Part shown: positions 18,217 through 28,330 of the stretch, one piece after another
Layout: every line of letters starts with the position of its first letter
How positions within the stretch are numbered: the first letter of the stretch is position 1
Assembly (NCBI GenBank): GCA_965222605.1
Contig: OZ244960.1
Coordinates: 1,600,001-1,664,000, forward strand
Source of the DNA: Candidatus Latescibacterota bacterium
Lineage (GTDB): Bacteria > Latescibacterota > UBA2968
Direction of reading: 5' to 3'
Length of the DNA: 64,000 bases
The notes under the pieces: generated by a model
What the model was told of the DNA's origin: nothing
What the model saw: only the letters and a program-made list of their open reading frames with translations
The model's database searches: none
Position numbers and translations under genes: made by a program

Positions 18217-20430
18217 TCAAAACTGATATTCCCGCTTAGTCCTGGGCTTATTGGGTTGATTGGGCGCAGTCTGCGTATTCGAAGTATGCGTGGGACACGG
18301 GCGTTTGGGTTCTGTACCCGGCTTAAACACCTCCATATAGCGCTTAGAACAATAAATAGACGCCACCTCGTAAGTATCCCCACAAACCTCCACCTTTGGG
18401 ATATCTTTCGGCAACACAAAATCTTCAACCGGCAGCCTCAGTGCGGCATGGGCACGCTGCATAAACTCCGCCCAAATCGGCAACGCCACAGCCGCGCCCG
18501 ACATGCGTCTGCCCATCGACACCTTCGAATCAAACCCCACCCAAACCCCACACACAATCTGCGGCGTAAACCCGATAAACCACGCATCGGCATACTCCTG
18601 CGTCGTACCGGTCTTCCCCGCTGCTGGCCGACGAAAACCAAAAGCCGTGCGTGCTCTCCGCCCCGTACCGGACAAAACCGCGTAATTTTCACCCACCCGC
18701 ATATCCAGAATCGACTGCATCAGATTCACTGTCACAGCCGCAGTCTCTTCACTCAACACAACGCGTTCGCGCCCCTGCACATTCTCCTCGAGCACATTCC
18801 CATTCTTATCTTTAATCTTCAAAATCGACATCGGCGTCACGCGAATACCCTTATTCGCCAGCGTCCCATAAGCCGACACCAATTCCAACAACTTGACCTC
18901 ACTCGTCCCCATCCCCAAAGACAAAACCGGTTGGATCTGCGAATCAATACCTATCTTCACAGCGTATTCCACCACCGTCTTCGGTCCCACCGCTTGCAAC
19001 ACCTTAGTCGTCACCACATTGCGAGAACCGGCAAGCCCCTCGCGCATCGTCATCCACCCCAGAAATTTTCGGTCGTAATTCTCCGGCTGCCAATACGTCC
19101 CGTCGAACATCTTAATCGACACAGCCGTATCGGGCAACCGCCAGGTGGCCGTATAGCCCTTATCAACCGCAGCCGTATAAATAAAAGGCTTAAAAGAAGA
19201 CCCTGGCTGACGCAAAGCCTGCGTTGCGCGATTGAACTTACTCTCTTCAAAATTGCGCCCACCCACCATCGCCAAAATATGTCCCGTATGCGGATCGAGC
19301 GCGACCAATGCCCCCTGCAACACCAGATTGGCCAGCGTATCCTGCCACGTCTTAATCTTCGCAAAAAATGCCGCACTCGGGGGATCCCGCTTCCAATTGG
19401 CCTCCACGCGATCTTTCAGCCGCTCCATCAAATTGCTCAACACCACATCTTCTGCAATCTCCTGTAACCGACTATCCAGCGTCGTAGTTACAGTCGCACC
19501 ATCGTAAAGCACACTCAGACCATAGGTATGTTCCAAATACTTGCGAATATCCTCTGTAAAATAGGGCGCTTCTCCCGCCTCCTCGCGATTCTCCTTCAAA
19601 ACAATCGGACGCTGAGCACTCGAATCGTATTCCGCCGCCGCAATCTTACCCGATGCCCGCAAATTGTACAACACCACATTATTGCGCCTCTCCAGCGCGC
19701 GGTCGGGGTGATAAATCGGCGAATAGGGCGTCGGACCCTTCAAAAGTCCAACCAACAATGCACCCTCATCCAGTGTCAAATTTTCGACATTCTTCCCGAA
19801 AAAACGACGCGCAGCAGTCTGAATACCGTACGCACTATTGCCAAAATACATCTGATTGAAATACATCGTAATAATTTCGCGCTTGGTATAAGTGCGCTCC
19901 AAAAGCACGGCAGTCATCTGCTCCTGAATTTTGCGCTTCCACGTTGGATCCAGCGTCAAAAAAATATTGCGCGCCAGTTGTTGCGTCAGCGTACTCGCAC
20001 CGTGTCCTTTTAAAGTACCCGACGTATAAACATTGCGGAACACCACGCGGATAATATCGGGAACGCTCACACCCCAGTGCCCCCAAAAACGCTGATCTTC
20101 TGTCACGACCAGAGCGTCAATCACCGTATCTGGCAACTGCTCAAACGCAATGGGGTCGCGCCTCTGCACCCAGAACTTCTTCAACTCCACCCCATCTCGC
20201 GAAAAAATATTAGTCGTCTGCGCGGGATCCACATCCTCCAGCTTATCAAAAGACGGCAAGCCATCTTTGTACCCATAAATCACCGCAACAGCAATGGTTA
20301 AATACCCCACCGCACAAATCGCACAATAGATCGCCATACGGGAAAGATGGGGCCTTATCCCATAGATATACGGCTTGAGCTGATCGATATATGGTTTTAT
20401 GCGATCAATATATGGTTTTATCCTATCCAT
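18217..20430 (-). CDS. mrcA: Class A penicillin-binding protein (PBP1A family)
   Basis: EDQRF..HWG, GASTLTQQLARN, RKIQE transglycosylase motifs; SSFK, SRN, KTG transpeptidase motifs. Confidence 0.92.
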   Translation of the reverse strand: MDRIKPYIDRIKPYIDQLKPYIYGIRPHLSRMAIYCAICAVGYLTIAVAVIYGYKDGLPSFDKLEDVDPAQTTNIFSRDGVELKKFWVQRRDPIAFEQLPDTVIDALVVTEDQRFWGHWGVSVPDIIRVVFRNVYTSGTLKGHGASTLTQQLARNIFLTLDPTWKRKIQEQMTAVLLERTYTKREIITMYFNQMYFGNSAYGIQTAARRFFGKNVENLTLDEGALLVGLLKGPTPYSPIYHPDRALERRNNVVLYNLRASGKIAAAEYDSSAQRPIVLKENREEAGEAPYFTEDIRKYLEHTYGLSVLYDGATVTTTLDSRLQEIAEDVVLSNLMERLKDRVEANWKRDPPSAAFFAKIKTWQDTLANLVLQGALVALDPHTGHILAMVGGRNFEESKFNRATQALRQPGSSFKPFIYTAAVDKGYTATWRLPDTAVSIKMFDGTYWQPENYDRKFLGWMTMREGLAGSRNVVTTKVLQAVGPKTVVEYAVKIGIDSQIQPVLSLGMGTSEVKLLELVSAYGTLANKGIRVTPMSILKIKDKNGNVLEENVQGRERVVLSEETAAVTVNLMQSILDMRVGENYAVLSGTGRRARTAFGFRRPAAGKTGTTQEYADAWFIGFTPQIVCGVWVGFDSKVSMGRRMSGAAVALPIWAEFMQRAHAALRLPVEDFVLPKDIPKVEVCGDTYEVASIYCSKRYMEVFKPGTEPKRPCPTHTSNTQTAPNQPNKPRTKREYQF

Positions 20431-20436
20431 CCTGAT

Positions 20437-22044
20437 CTAATCCGGGTAAAGCCACGGCACGCGACTGATGAGATAATCGCGTTGTTCCTGCATCATCACC
20501 TCAATCACAGTAGGACCTTCCAAACCCAGCGTATCGGCAAAAACCGCTTCAAAACGATCGGGATCATCCACGCGGATACCCCGCGCACCCAGAGACCGCG
20601 CGAGATCCGCAAGACGAGGCGTCTTCATATCCGTATCGATCACCCGCCCATCAAAAGCCTTGGCCTGAGAGCCGCGAATCGCAGAAAGACTGCCATCATT
20701 GGACACAACCGAAACCGTCCCAACACCGTATTCAGCCGCAGTAGCCAGTTCACTCGCCGTCATCTGAAACCCGCCATCGCCACAAAATGCGACAACCTGC
20801 TGATCTGGACACGCGAGCTTCGCACCAATAGCAGCGGGAACCGCAAAACCCAGCGTAACCGAATGACTGGGATAGAGAAACGTGCGCGGAATAGTAATCG
20901 GATACTCGTCAAACGCGCGATACCCAATAGACGTAACATCCACCACAATAATCGTATCTTCGGGAAGCGAATTGCGCGTAACGCCCATAATCGGCACCGG
21001 CTCGCGATTAGACGCGGCTTCGGCCCGCGTGCGATCAATAAAATCGCCCCAATCAGCCGTATAACCAGCCGCTACCTCGGCGAGTTGGGGAATCGATTGC
21101 GCCAGATCGCCCGAAGCACCTGCCTCAATCGGATACTCGCGCCCAAGCTCCCGCGGATCGGGATCGAGCTGAACCTGGCGATCCGGCAAAGGCAGCGACC
21201 AACCCCGCGTATCAATCTGCGTAAAGCGACAGCCAATCGCCAAAAGCAAATCAGCACTTCCGAGAATCGTCTTACCCGCCTGCGCCGAACAATGCCCCAC
21301 AGTCAGGGGATGACCATCTGGTACAACTCCCTTTCCCAAACGGGAATAAACAACGGGAATCTTGAGACCCTCTGCGAGAGAACGGAGCGCATCGGTCGCA
21401 TTGGCGTGAATAACCGCGCTACCCACAAGAATAGCCGGGCGCACAGCCGTGCGAAGCACCGCGGCCACGCGGTCAATATCCGCGCTATCGGGACACAGGC
21501 GATCCCCCTCAACCACAGGTGGAAGATCCACCATACCCTCCTCCGCAGCCACATCAGTCGGCAACTCAATAACCGCAGGACCGGGACGCGGTGCGCGCAA
21601 TGCTTTGAACGCACCGACCACAGCATCGGGAATTTCATCAATAGATTTGGGACGCGCAAAAAAGTGCGTAATCGACTTAAAAAAAGTCTCCTGATCCAAA
21701 CCGTGAAAACACTTTGCGCGATCCCGCCCGTCAAAAGCAACCTCTGTCCCCCCGGTAATCAACAGCACGGGAACGCAATCTGTATGGGCATCCACCAGCC
21801 CCGTAGAGGCATTTGTCGAACCGGGACCCGGAACAGTTAGCGCGACCCCAACGCGCCCAGACGCACGCGCATACCCGTTCGCAATCAGAGTCGCCCCCTG
21901 TTCGTGGCGGATAAGCAGATGGCGAATGCCACCGGCGCGCAGCACCGCATCGTACAGATGAATATTCTGATTGCCGGGCATCCCCGTAAGCGTATCAACA
22001 CCCTGCGCTTTCAGACTTTGGATAAGTATATCAGCACCGGTCAT
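20437..22044 (-). CDS. Thiamine pyrophosphate-binding enzyme (acetolactate synthase-like)
   Basis: MTGADIL, RHEQGA, GPGSTN, GDGGF TPP motif; start moved to ATG 22044. Confidence 0.88.
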   Translation of the reverse strand: MTGADILIQSLKAQGVDTLTGMPGNQNIHLYDAVLRAGGIRHLLIRHEQGATLIANGYARASGRVGVALTVPGPGSTNASTGLVDAHTDCVPVLLITGGTEVAFDGRDRAKCFHGLDQETFFKSITHFFARPKSIDEIPDAVVGAFKALRAPRPGPAVIELPTDVAAEEGMVDLPPVVEGDRLCPDSADIDRVAAVLRTAVRPAILVGSAVIHANATDALRSLAEGLKIPVVYSRLGKGVVPDGHPLTVGHCSAQAGKTILGSADLLLAIGCRFTQIDTRGWSLPLPDRQVQLDPDPRELGREYPIEAGASGDLAQSIPQLAEVAAGYTADWGDFIDRTRAEAASNREPVPIMGVTRNSLPEDTIIVVDVTSIGYRAFDEYPITIPRTFLYPSHSVTLGFAVPAAIGAKLACPDQQVVAFCGDGGFQMTASELATAAEYGVGTVSVVSNDGSLSAIRGSQAKAFDGRVIDTDMKTPRLADLARSLGARGIRVDDPDRFEAVFADTLGLEGPTVIEVMMQEQRDYLISRVPWLYPD

Positions 22045-22081
22045 AAAAAAGTTCCTTCCGTAATAAAACAGACAAGACATC

Positions 22082-23167
22082 TTAACCCACAAAAAGATCG
22101 AAATATTCTGCAGCAGTCTTATCCCATGTAAACTCAGAACGCACATAATCGCGGGCTTCGCGTTCTATTTCCTCGCGCTCTGTTGCGGGCAACTCAAAAA
22201 ATGCGTGAACTTGATCGACAAACGCCTGGTAATCATTGGGCGGGATCAAATAACCGCCCTTGCTCACACTCTCCGTAAGCGCATCCACAGCAAAAGCAAC
22301 AACGGGCGTACCATCGTACATACATTCGAGATGGGTAATGCCAAACCCCTCCACATCGTTGGGATAGGGCACATTGGGCATAATGAAAAGATCGGCGTCT
22401 CCTCTGATAAAACCCAACTCTCCATCGCTGAGATAGAGCAACAACACCCGGTCGTAAAGACCGTTTTCTTCCCAAATCTCGCGAATGCGCTCGGCATCTG
22501 GCCCAGAACCGCTAACAATCAGTTTAATATCTCGATCGAGCAAAGGCACGCCGCATTCCAAAAATTTGGCCACGCCTTTTCGGGGCACTTGCCTGCCAAA
22601 ATTCAGAACAATTTTATCCCGCCCAAATTGAATACCGTATTCGGCTTCAAATCGCGCTTTGAGTACCTCGCGCTGCGCTTTGGGAATACTGGGCGGATCA
22701 ATACCGAGATAAATAATTTCAATTTTTTCAGCGGGCACACCAGCCTGAATAGTAATTTCCCTGGTAATTTGACTGATAACAGACACCTTATCACAAAACG
22801 AAACACCAAAGCGCATCATGCGGCTAAATATCGGATTGGAATACGTCATCTCCAAACCGTAAATAGTCACCACAAAACGCATGCGCGTAAACAGCCTCAA
22901 AAATGGCGCAATAGAACAAATCACACCATCGCTAAAATAAATCGCATCCACCCGCCTGAAAAGAACAGAAAAAAAAGACACGAGAAACGCATAAGGCACG
23001 AACCAGATAAGATGCAAAAGCGAGTCTCTACCCAGCGCGACCAATTTTACCGAGCACATCTCAATCAAGCGATGATAGAGATTATAACAATGCGTCTGAA
23101 TACCGCCCACACTGGGCGGGTAGCGACGCGCGAGAAAAAGGATGCGGCTGTTGTGTGAAGAAGACAT
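22082..23167 (-). CDS. Glycosyltransferase family 4
   Basis: YPPSVGGIQT, GR.VPRKG, EGFGI..LE. Confidence 0.88.
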   Translation of the reverse strand: MSSSHNSRILFLARRYPPSVGGIQTHCYNLYHRLIEMCSVKLVALGRDSLLHLIWFVPYAFLVSFFSVLFRRVDAIYFSDGVICSIAPFLRLFTRMRFVVTIYGLEMTYSNPIFSRMMRFGVSFCDKVSVISQITREITIQAGVPAEKIEIIYLGIDPPSIPKAQREVLKARFEAEYGIQFGRDKIVLNFGRQVPRKGVAKFLECGVPLLDRDIKLIVSGSGPDAERIREIWEENGLYDRVLLLYLSDGELGFIRGDADLFIMPNVPYPNDVEGFGITHLECMYDGTPVVAFAVDALTESVSKGGYLIPPNDYQAFVDQVHAFFELPATEREEIEREARDYVRSEFTWDKTAAEYFDLFVG

Positions 23168-23169
23168 AG

Positions 23170-24225
23170 CTATACAAGATCCGCCTGCTTACTGCGCTGG
23201 GCGAGTTCTCGTTCCGCTCGCTCGCGATCTGCTGCGTTTTCAAGCGGAATAACAGTCGCGCCGGGACAGGGTTTGGGATACAAAATGCGGCTGGCGCCTG
23301 CCTGTTTCATAGCCTCGACAACGGGTTTTGTATCGCATGCAAGCGCAATAATCGTGCCGCCACCCCCTGCGCCAGCGAGCTTCGCGCCAAGTGCCCCGCC
23401 GTCCAATGCAGCCTGAATCAGCCGCTCATTATCCGGTCCCGATCCGCCCAGATCGCGCTGAATCTCGTGGTTCTCAACCATAAGCGCGCCCAAATGCGCC
23501 CAATCTTTGGCGAGAATCGCGCGTTTGCCCATGCGCGCCAGATGGGCAATCCGCAAATAACAACGCCTGACCTCTCTATCGCCCTCTAACCATCGCTCTC
23601 GAATCGGCAGATGAACGGCACCCGACGAGCGCTGGACACCCGTATGCCCCAACACAAAGGGATAATCCCCGACGTATTCGTGGAGCGGTTCAACAGTAGC
23701 ATAAGGTTCATCGCCAAAAGCGCGATAAAATTGCTTGCCATTGAAATCCATATAATTCAAGCCGCCAAACATGCACATATACGCATCTTGATACCCGCAT
23801 AAAGCCATATAGTTCAATTCAATATGCCGCGCCATCTCAGCGCAAAAAAAAGGATGCTCATCGCGTCCCAGAAATGCAAAAATCGCGTTGAGAATAGACA
23901 CGCTCATAGCAGATGAACTGGAAAGCCCGGCGGAAAAAGGCACATTGCACGCCCAGCGCAGAGAAAACTTCGCACTGCCGAGATCCAGAAAATGGACGAT
24001 AGCCTTAGCCACATCGAAATAGCCGCCATCCGGATACAGATCTTCGGGACGATGCACTTCAAAGCACTGACCGGCAACTTCAAAACTGAGCACATCAGAC
24101 GGCTCAATCAGAACCGCGGCGCGTTCTCGTGTCGAACACGAAATAACGCTGCCGCCGTACATATCGGTGGGATTTCCAATAATGCCACAGCGCCCTGGGG
24201 CAGTGGAAAAAAACGCATGGGTCAT
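23170..24225 (-). CDS. GHMP-family sugar kinase (glucuronokinase-like)
   Basis: APGR.GIIGNPTD, VP.SAGLSSSSA, GYQD, GAKLAGAGGGG. Confidence 0.8.
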   Translation of the reverse strand: MTHAFFSTAPGRCGIIGNPTDMYGGSVISCSTRERAAVLIEPSDVLSFEVAGQCFEVHRPEDLYPDGGYFDVAKAIVHFLDLGSAKFSLRWACNVPFSAGLSSSSAMSVSILNAIFAFLGRDEHPFFCAEMARHIELNYMALCGYQDAYMCMFGGLNYMDFNGKQFYRAFGDEPYATVEPLHEYVGDYPFVLGHTGVQRSSGAVHLPIRERWLEGDREVRRCYLRIAHLARMGKRAILAKDWAHLGALMVENHEIQRDLGGSGPDNERLIQAALDGGALGAKLAGAGGGGTIIALACDTKPVVEAMKQAGASRILYPKPCPGATVIPLENAADRERAERELAQRSKQADLV

Positions 24226-25133
24226 TAGAATTGTCTCAGGCGCTTTTGCAGGTACTGGCGGAGAAGGTACCCATAGCGCTGATCAAAGAGAGTAAAATCG
24301 ATGAAAGATTTAAAATACGATTCAAAATCGCCGATATCATAGCGCAATTCTTCGGGATACAACTTGATACAGCGAACAGGGTGCCCCATTTTAATAAGCG
24401 TCGAAATCGCATCTGTAAGCTCGAGCTTGCCCCTGTAACTGGGAGATGTTCGCTTGAGTGCAGTAAAAATTTCGGGATTAAAAATATAACGCGCGGCCAC
24501 ACCGAGATTGCTCGGTGCATTTTCCGGTGCGGGCTTCTCCACAATATGCGCGATCTCAAAATCGTCTTCAGACTCGCCGTTCACAGGCTCGACAATACCA
24601 TACTTGTTCTCTTCGCCCTGGGGCACTTCAACAACGGCAATAGTACAACTGGACCCATTTTCACGGTGCGATTTGATCATCCGCCGCACGAGGCCCGCAT
24701 GATTGCCCGACTTTATAATCGTATCGCCAAACGCGACCACAAATGGCTCGCCTGCAACAAAGTCCTCAGCCCTGCCAATGGCATCTCCTATGCCCGCAGG
24801 CGTAATATGACCGGAAGGGATAATTTGTCGGGTATAAAAAAATTTAACGCCTTCTTTTTCATAATCGAGTTCATCGAGCAAATTATTTTGATCGCTTTCC
24901 GAGAGATAATTCTGCAATTCCGGATCCCGGTCAAAGTGATCTTCTATCGTGCGCTTGTCCTTTCCCGTCACAAAGAGTATCTTCTTTAATCCTTGCTCAA
25001 CCACCTCTTCAACCACATACTGAACCACGGGTTTTCGCCCAACGGGCAACATCTCCTTGGGCTGAGATTTGGTGGCTGGTAACAGACTCGTACCCAAACC
25101 GGCAACCGGAATAACGACTTTTTCAATCTCCAT
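24225..25133 (-). CDS. galU: UTP--glucose-1-phosphate uridylyltransferase family
   Basis: KVVIPVAGLGT.LLPATKSQPKEMLP, IEDHFD, VEKP, ELTDAI. Confidence 0.8.
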   Translation of the reverse strand: MEIEKVVIPVAGLGTSLLPATKSQPKEMLPVGRKPVVQYVVEEVVEQGLKKILFVTGKDKRTIEDHFDRDPELQNYLSESDQNNLLDELDYEKEGVKFFYTRQIIPSGHITPAGIGDAIGRAEDFVAGEPFVVAFGDTIIKSGNHAGLVRRMIKSHRENGSSCTIAVVEVPQGEENKYGIVEPVNGESEDDFEIAHIVEKPAPENAPSNLGVAARYIFNPEIFTALKRTSPSYRGKLELTDAISTLIKMGHPVRCIKLYPEELRYDIGDFESYFKSFIDFTLFDQRYGYLLRQYLQKRLRQF

Positions 25134-25255
25134 AGCGCGATGCTCCTCCAAATGCCAAACACTTGACAGAGTGCAATCTGTCCCTTAGAATAACAGTCAA
25201 AATAACAGGAGAATCTTATAGAGCGCAAGGTAAAAGAGTTAGCTGAGAAAACATC

Positions 25256-26191
25256 ATGTTAAACAAACAAATAACAGATCCTCGCGCGTGGACTGCCGAG
25301 ACAATTGATGCGTCTTCTGAATGGTATTACACCTTATCCGAACGCTATTTATCTGCATTGGATAGCGAAGTGCGAAAACATACGGGCGCAATATCTGATC
25401 TCCGCGTTTCCGATACCATCGCTTGTGCGCCCTGTCTCCAGCCCGTTCTGAACGGATTGCACACAGGACGCGGATTTGCCATCATCGAGCATTTGCCTGT
25501 AGAATATTACACACTGGACGAAGCGCGCGCCGCATATTGGATGATCGGACAGTGTTTGGGCGTGCCCTTTGAACAAAATATCGAAGGCACACTACTCTAC
25601 GATGTGCGAGACACCGGGCGAGATGTAAAATCGGGCGCGCGTTTTTCTGTAACCAATGCAGAAAGTTCGTTCCACACAGATGGTGCATTTGGAACGCAAG
25701 TACCCGAGTTAGTAGGCTTGCTATGTATTAAAACCGCGCGTTCGGGTGGTCGCAGTCAACTGATCAGTGCCTGTGCAGTACACAATATATTACACCAGCA
25801 AGCGCCCGATGTTCTAAACGCGCTTTACTCATCTTTCTATTTTGACCGACGGGGACAATATCTCCCGGGCGAAGCACCAATAACAAAAACGCCTATTTTT
25901 TCCTGGGATAAACAGACACTAATGATGCGCTACCTGCATTATTATATCCAGATAGGACATCGGGAAGCAGGTATGCCACTCACACCAGAACAAGAGCGCG
26001 CATTAGAAGCTGTTGAAGACGTATTAAAGCGTCCCGAAATGTGCGTAGAATTTAATCTCGCACCCGGACAAATGCTATTTACCAACAACAAATGGATACT
26101 GCACAATCGAACGGCCTTTGAAGACCATCCAGCCCCAGATCAAAGACGACACTATGTGCGGCTATGGCTAAAAAACAACACAAGGAGATAA
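25256..26191 (+). CDS. TauD/TfdA-family Fe(II)/2-oxoglutarate dioxygenase
   Basis: FHTD, GG.S, NN..ILHNRTAF.D, RHYVRLW. Confidence 0.85.
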   Translation: MLNKQITDPRAWTAETIDASSEWYYTLSERYLSALDSEVRKHTGAISDLRVSDTIACAPCLQPVLNGLHTGRGFAIIEHLPVEYYTLDEARAAYWMIGQCLGVPFEQNIEGTLLYDVRDTGRDVKSGARFSVTNAESSFHTDGAFGTQVPELVGLLCIKTARSGGRSQLISACAVHNILHQQAPDVLNALYSSFYFDRRGQYLPGEAPITKTPIFSWDKQTLMMRYLHYYIQIGHREAGMPLTPEQERALEAVEDVLKRPEMCVEFNLAPGQMLFTNNKWILHNRTAFEDHPAPDQRRHYVRLWLKNNTRR

Positions 26192-26193
26192 TA

Positions 26194-27078
26194 ATGTCAA
26201 CTTTTACAGTTGGTTTACTGAGCCCCGGAGACATGGGACATGTCGTCGGGCAAGTGGCAATAGCCTCTGGCACTCGGGTAATAACCTGCCTGAATGGCCG
26301 CAGTGAGCGCACGCGCAAACTCGCAGAAATAGCAGGTATCGAAGACATCCCCACATATTCCGACCTGGTGCGCGAAGCTTCACTCGTAATTTGCATTCTC
26401 GTACCCGCAGCAGCAGAGTCGGTAGCCGCTCGCGTAGCTGACGCCCTGAAAGAAACGGATGAACAGATTGTATATACCGATTGCAATGCAATAGCCCCGG
26501 CAACAACTGTGCGCATAGGAAAAACAATTGAAAACGCGGGCAGCGTATTTGTCGATGCGGGTATTATCGGCGGACCGCCGCGCCAACCGGGTGGCACGCG
26601 GTTTTACTGCTCGGGGCCAGACACATCGGGCTTTGAAAAATTGAACGATTACGGGCTGGACGTGCGAAAAGTCGGCGATGAGATCGGGCAGGCATCGGGC
26701 TTGAAAATGTGCTATGCCGCGCAGACTAAGGGAACGACCGCACTACAAATAGAATTGCTCATCGCCGCGCGGCGCATGGGCCTGTACGAAGGATTGATCG
26801 CGGAGTGGGAAATGAGCCAGAAAGACCGGTTGGCGGGTATGGAGCGGGGCTTGCCGGGAATGCCGACCAAAGCAAAGCGATGGATAGGCGAAATGGAGGA
26901 AATTGCCAAAACCTTCGGGGATTTGGGACTCACGCCAAAAATATACGAAGGCGCGGCAGACATGTACCGACTCGTCAGCGAAACACCACTGGCAGACGAA
27001 GCACCTGAAACGCGAGATAAAAGCCGAACACTCGCACAGGTCATTGATATCTTTGCAAAGCAATCAAAAAGTGAATAG
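26194..27078 (+). CDS. NAD(P)-dependent oxidoreductase (6PGD/3-hydroxyisobutyrate dehydrogenase-like, DUF1932 C-terminus)
   Basis: SPGDMG, DCNAIAP, IIGGPP, ASGLKMCYA, KRWIGEMEEIA; RBS AGGAGA. Confidence 0.85.
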   Translation: MSTFTVGLLSPGDMGHVVGQVAIASGTRVITCLNGRSERTRKLAEIAGIEDIPTYSDLVREASLVICILVPAAAESVAARVADALKETDEQIVYTDCNAIAPATTVRIGKTIENAGSVFVDAGIIGGPPRQPGGTRFYCSGPDTSGFEKLNDYGLDVRKVGDEIGQASGLKMCYAAQTKGTTALQIELLIAARRMGLYEGLIAEWEMSQKDRLAGMERGLPGMPTKAKRWIGEMEEIAKTFGDLGLTPKIYEGAADMYRLVSETPLADEAPETRDKSRTLAQVIDIFAKQSKSE

Positions 27079-27100
27079 ATCTCCTGAAGTGATATCAAGA

Positions 27101-27146
27101 AAAATTCCCTCTCCTATTAAATGGTAAAGGGAATTTTATTTTTTTT
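27101..27146 (+). terminator. Intrinsic terminator
   Basis: AAAATTCCCT...AGGGAATTTT followed by a T tract. Confidence 0.65.
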
Positions 27147-27168
27147 CACAATGCCCCCAATGGGTAAA

Positions 27169-27197
27169 TTGACTTTTCTATGCCTACAAGCTATATT
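27169..27197 (+). promoter_or_regulatory. Sigma-70-type promoter
   Basis: TTGACT-N17-TATATT upstream of the dehydrogenase gene. Confidence 0.6.
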
Positions 27198-27243
27198 ACG
27201 CGGTTATAAAAATAGTGGGTGACTTTAGACCGGAGAGACGCAA

Positions 27244-28287
27244 GTGAAAGCAGCACAAATCGTCGCATCCAGACGCATCGTGGTCGTCGAAGCAGACGAA
27301 CCACAACTCATGGGTGCCGGGCAAGTAAAAATTCAACTGGAACGCGCGTGTCTTTGCGGTTCAGACGTGCCGTTATGGGATTACGATCACAATGAACTGG
27401 CAGAAAGAGCGCGACTCAATCCGCGCAAAGCAAAACGCGCACCATTTGTCGATTATGTCAATGGGGACCCGTATCCCCTGCGCGTCGGCCTCTCGATTCA
27501 CGAATGCCTTGGCACAGTCGTTGAATCGACATCTGACCAATTTCAAACCGGCGATTTTGTACTTGCATTGCCCGATGCACAAACGGGATTGCGCGAATAT
27601 ATTTGCGCCCCCGATAGCCGAACCATTCCACTTCCAAAAGGCGCTGTACCCGACGAACAAATTCTGATGACACAACCCCTGGGCACAGTCGTATGGGCAT
27701 GTCAAAAACTGGGCAATATCGTCGATAGTGATGTGGCAATTGTCGGACAAGGCCCTATGGGATTGATGTTCACGCACATGCTGGCCAATTTGGGCGCGCG
27801 AACCGTAATTGGACTCGACAAATTGGATTACCGCTTACACACCGCAAAAAAAATGCACGCAACCCATACTGTCAATGTCGATAAAGTCGATGCCGTGAAA
27901 GCCATCCGCGAGATCACCAACGGCAAAATGGCGGATCTGGTGGTCGAAGCGGTCGGCCATCAGACAAAAACGCTCAATTCATGCATGAAACTCGTGCGCC
28001 ACATGGGCACACTGCTGTGCTTTGGCGTACCCGATGATGCGTATTACCCATTTGCATATCCCGAGTTTTTTAGATTAAATCTCAACCTGATTTCCACAGT
28101 TGGGCCCAATGTAGTGCCCAATTTTTCTCTTGCCCGCGACCTGATCGCACAAGGACGTGTTGACATGGCACCTCTGGTAACACATGTGCTGCCCTTTGAA
28201 GAGATTCAGCACGGGTATGAGTTATTTACCGATCGCCTGGATGGGGCCATTAAAGTGGTTATCGATTACAACTCGCTGCGAACCTGA
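27244..28287 (+). CDS. Zinc-binding (MDR) alcohol dehydrogenase
   Basis: LCGSD, HECLG.V, GQGPMG. Confidence 0.88.
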   Translation: MKAAQIVASRRIVVVEADEPQLMGAGQVKIQLERACLCGSDVPLWDYDHNELAERARLNPRKAKRAPFVDYVNGDPYPLRVGLSIHECLGTVVESTSDQFQTGDFVLALPDAQTGLREYICAPDSRTIPLPKGAVPDEQILMTQPLGTVVWACQKLGNIVDSDVAIVGQGPMGLMFTHMLANLGARTVIGLDKLDYRLHTAKKMHATHTVNVDKVDAVKAIREITNGKMADLVVEAVGHQTKTLNSCMKLVRHMGTLLCFGVPDDAYYPFAYPEFFRLNLNLISTVGPNVVPNFSLARDLIAQGRVDMAPLVTHVLPFEEIQHGYELFTDRLDGAIKVVIDYNSLRT

Positions 28288-28330
28288 CCAGCGGGACAAC
28301 TTTGACAAACACAAAAGGGGGTTTTTACTT

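Noticed and set aside
18256-23158. Long plus-strand ORFs (18256-19467, 20347-21840, 22205-23158)
   Set aside because: Antisense shadows of well-supported genes, with no recognisable motifs.
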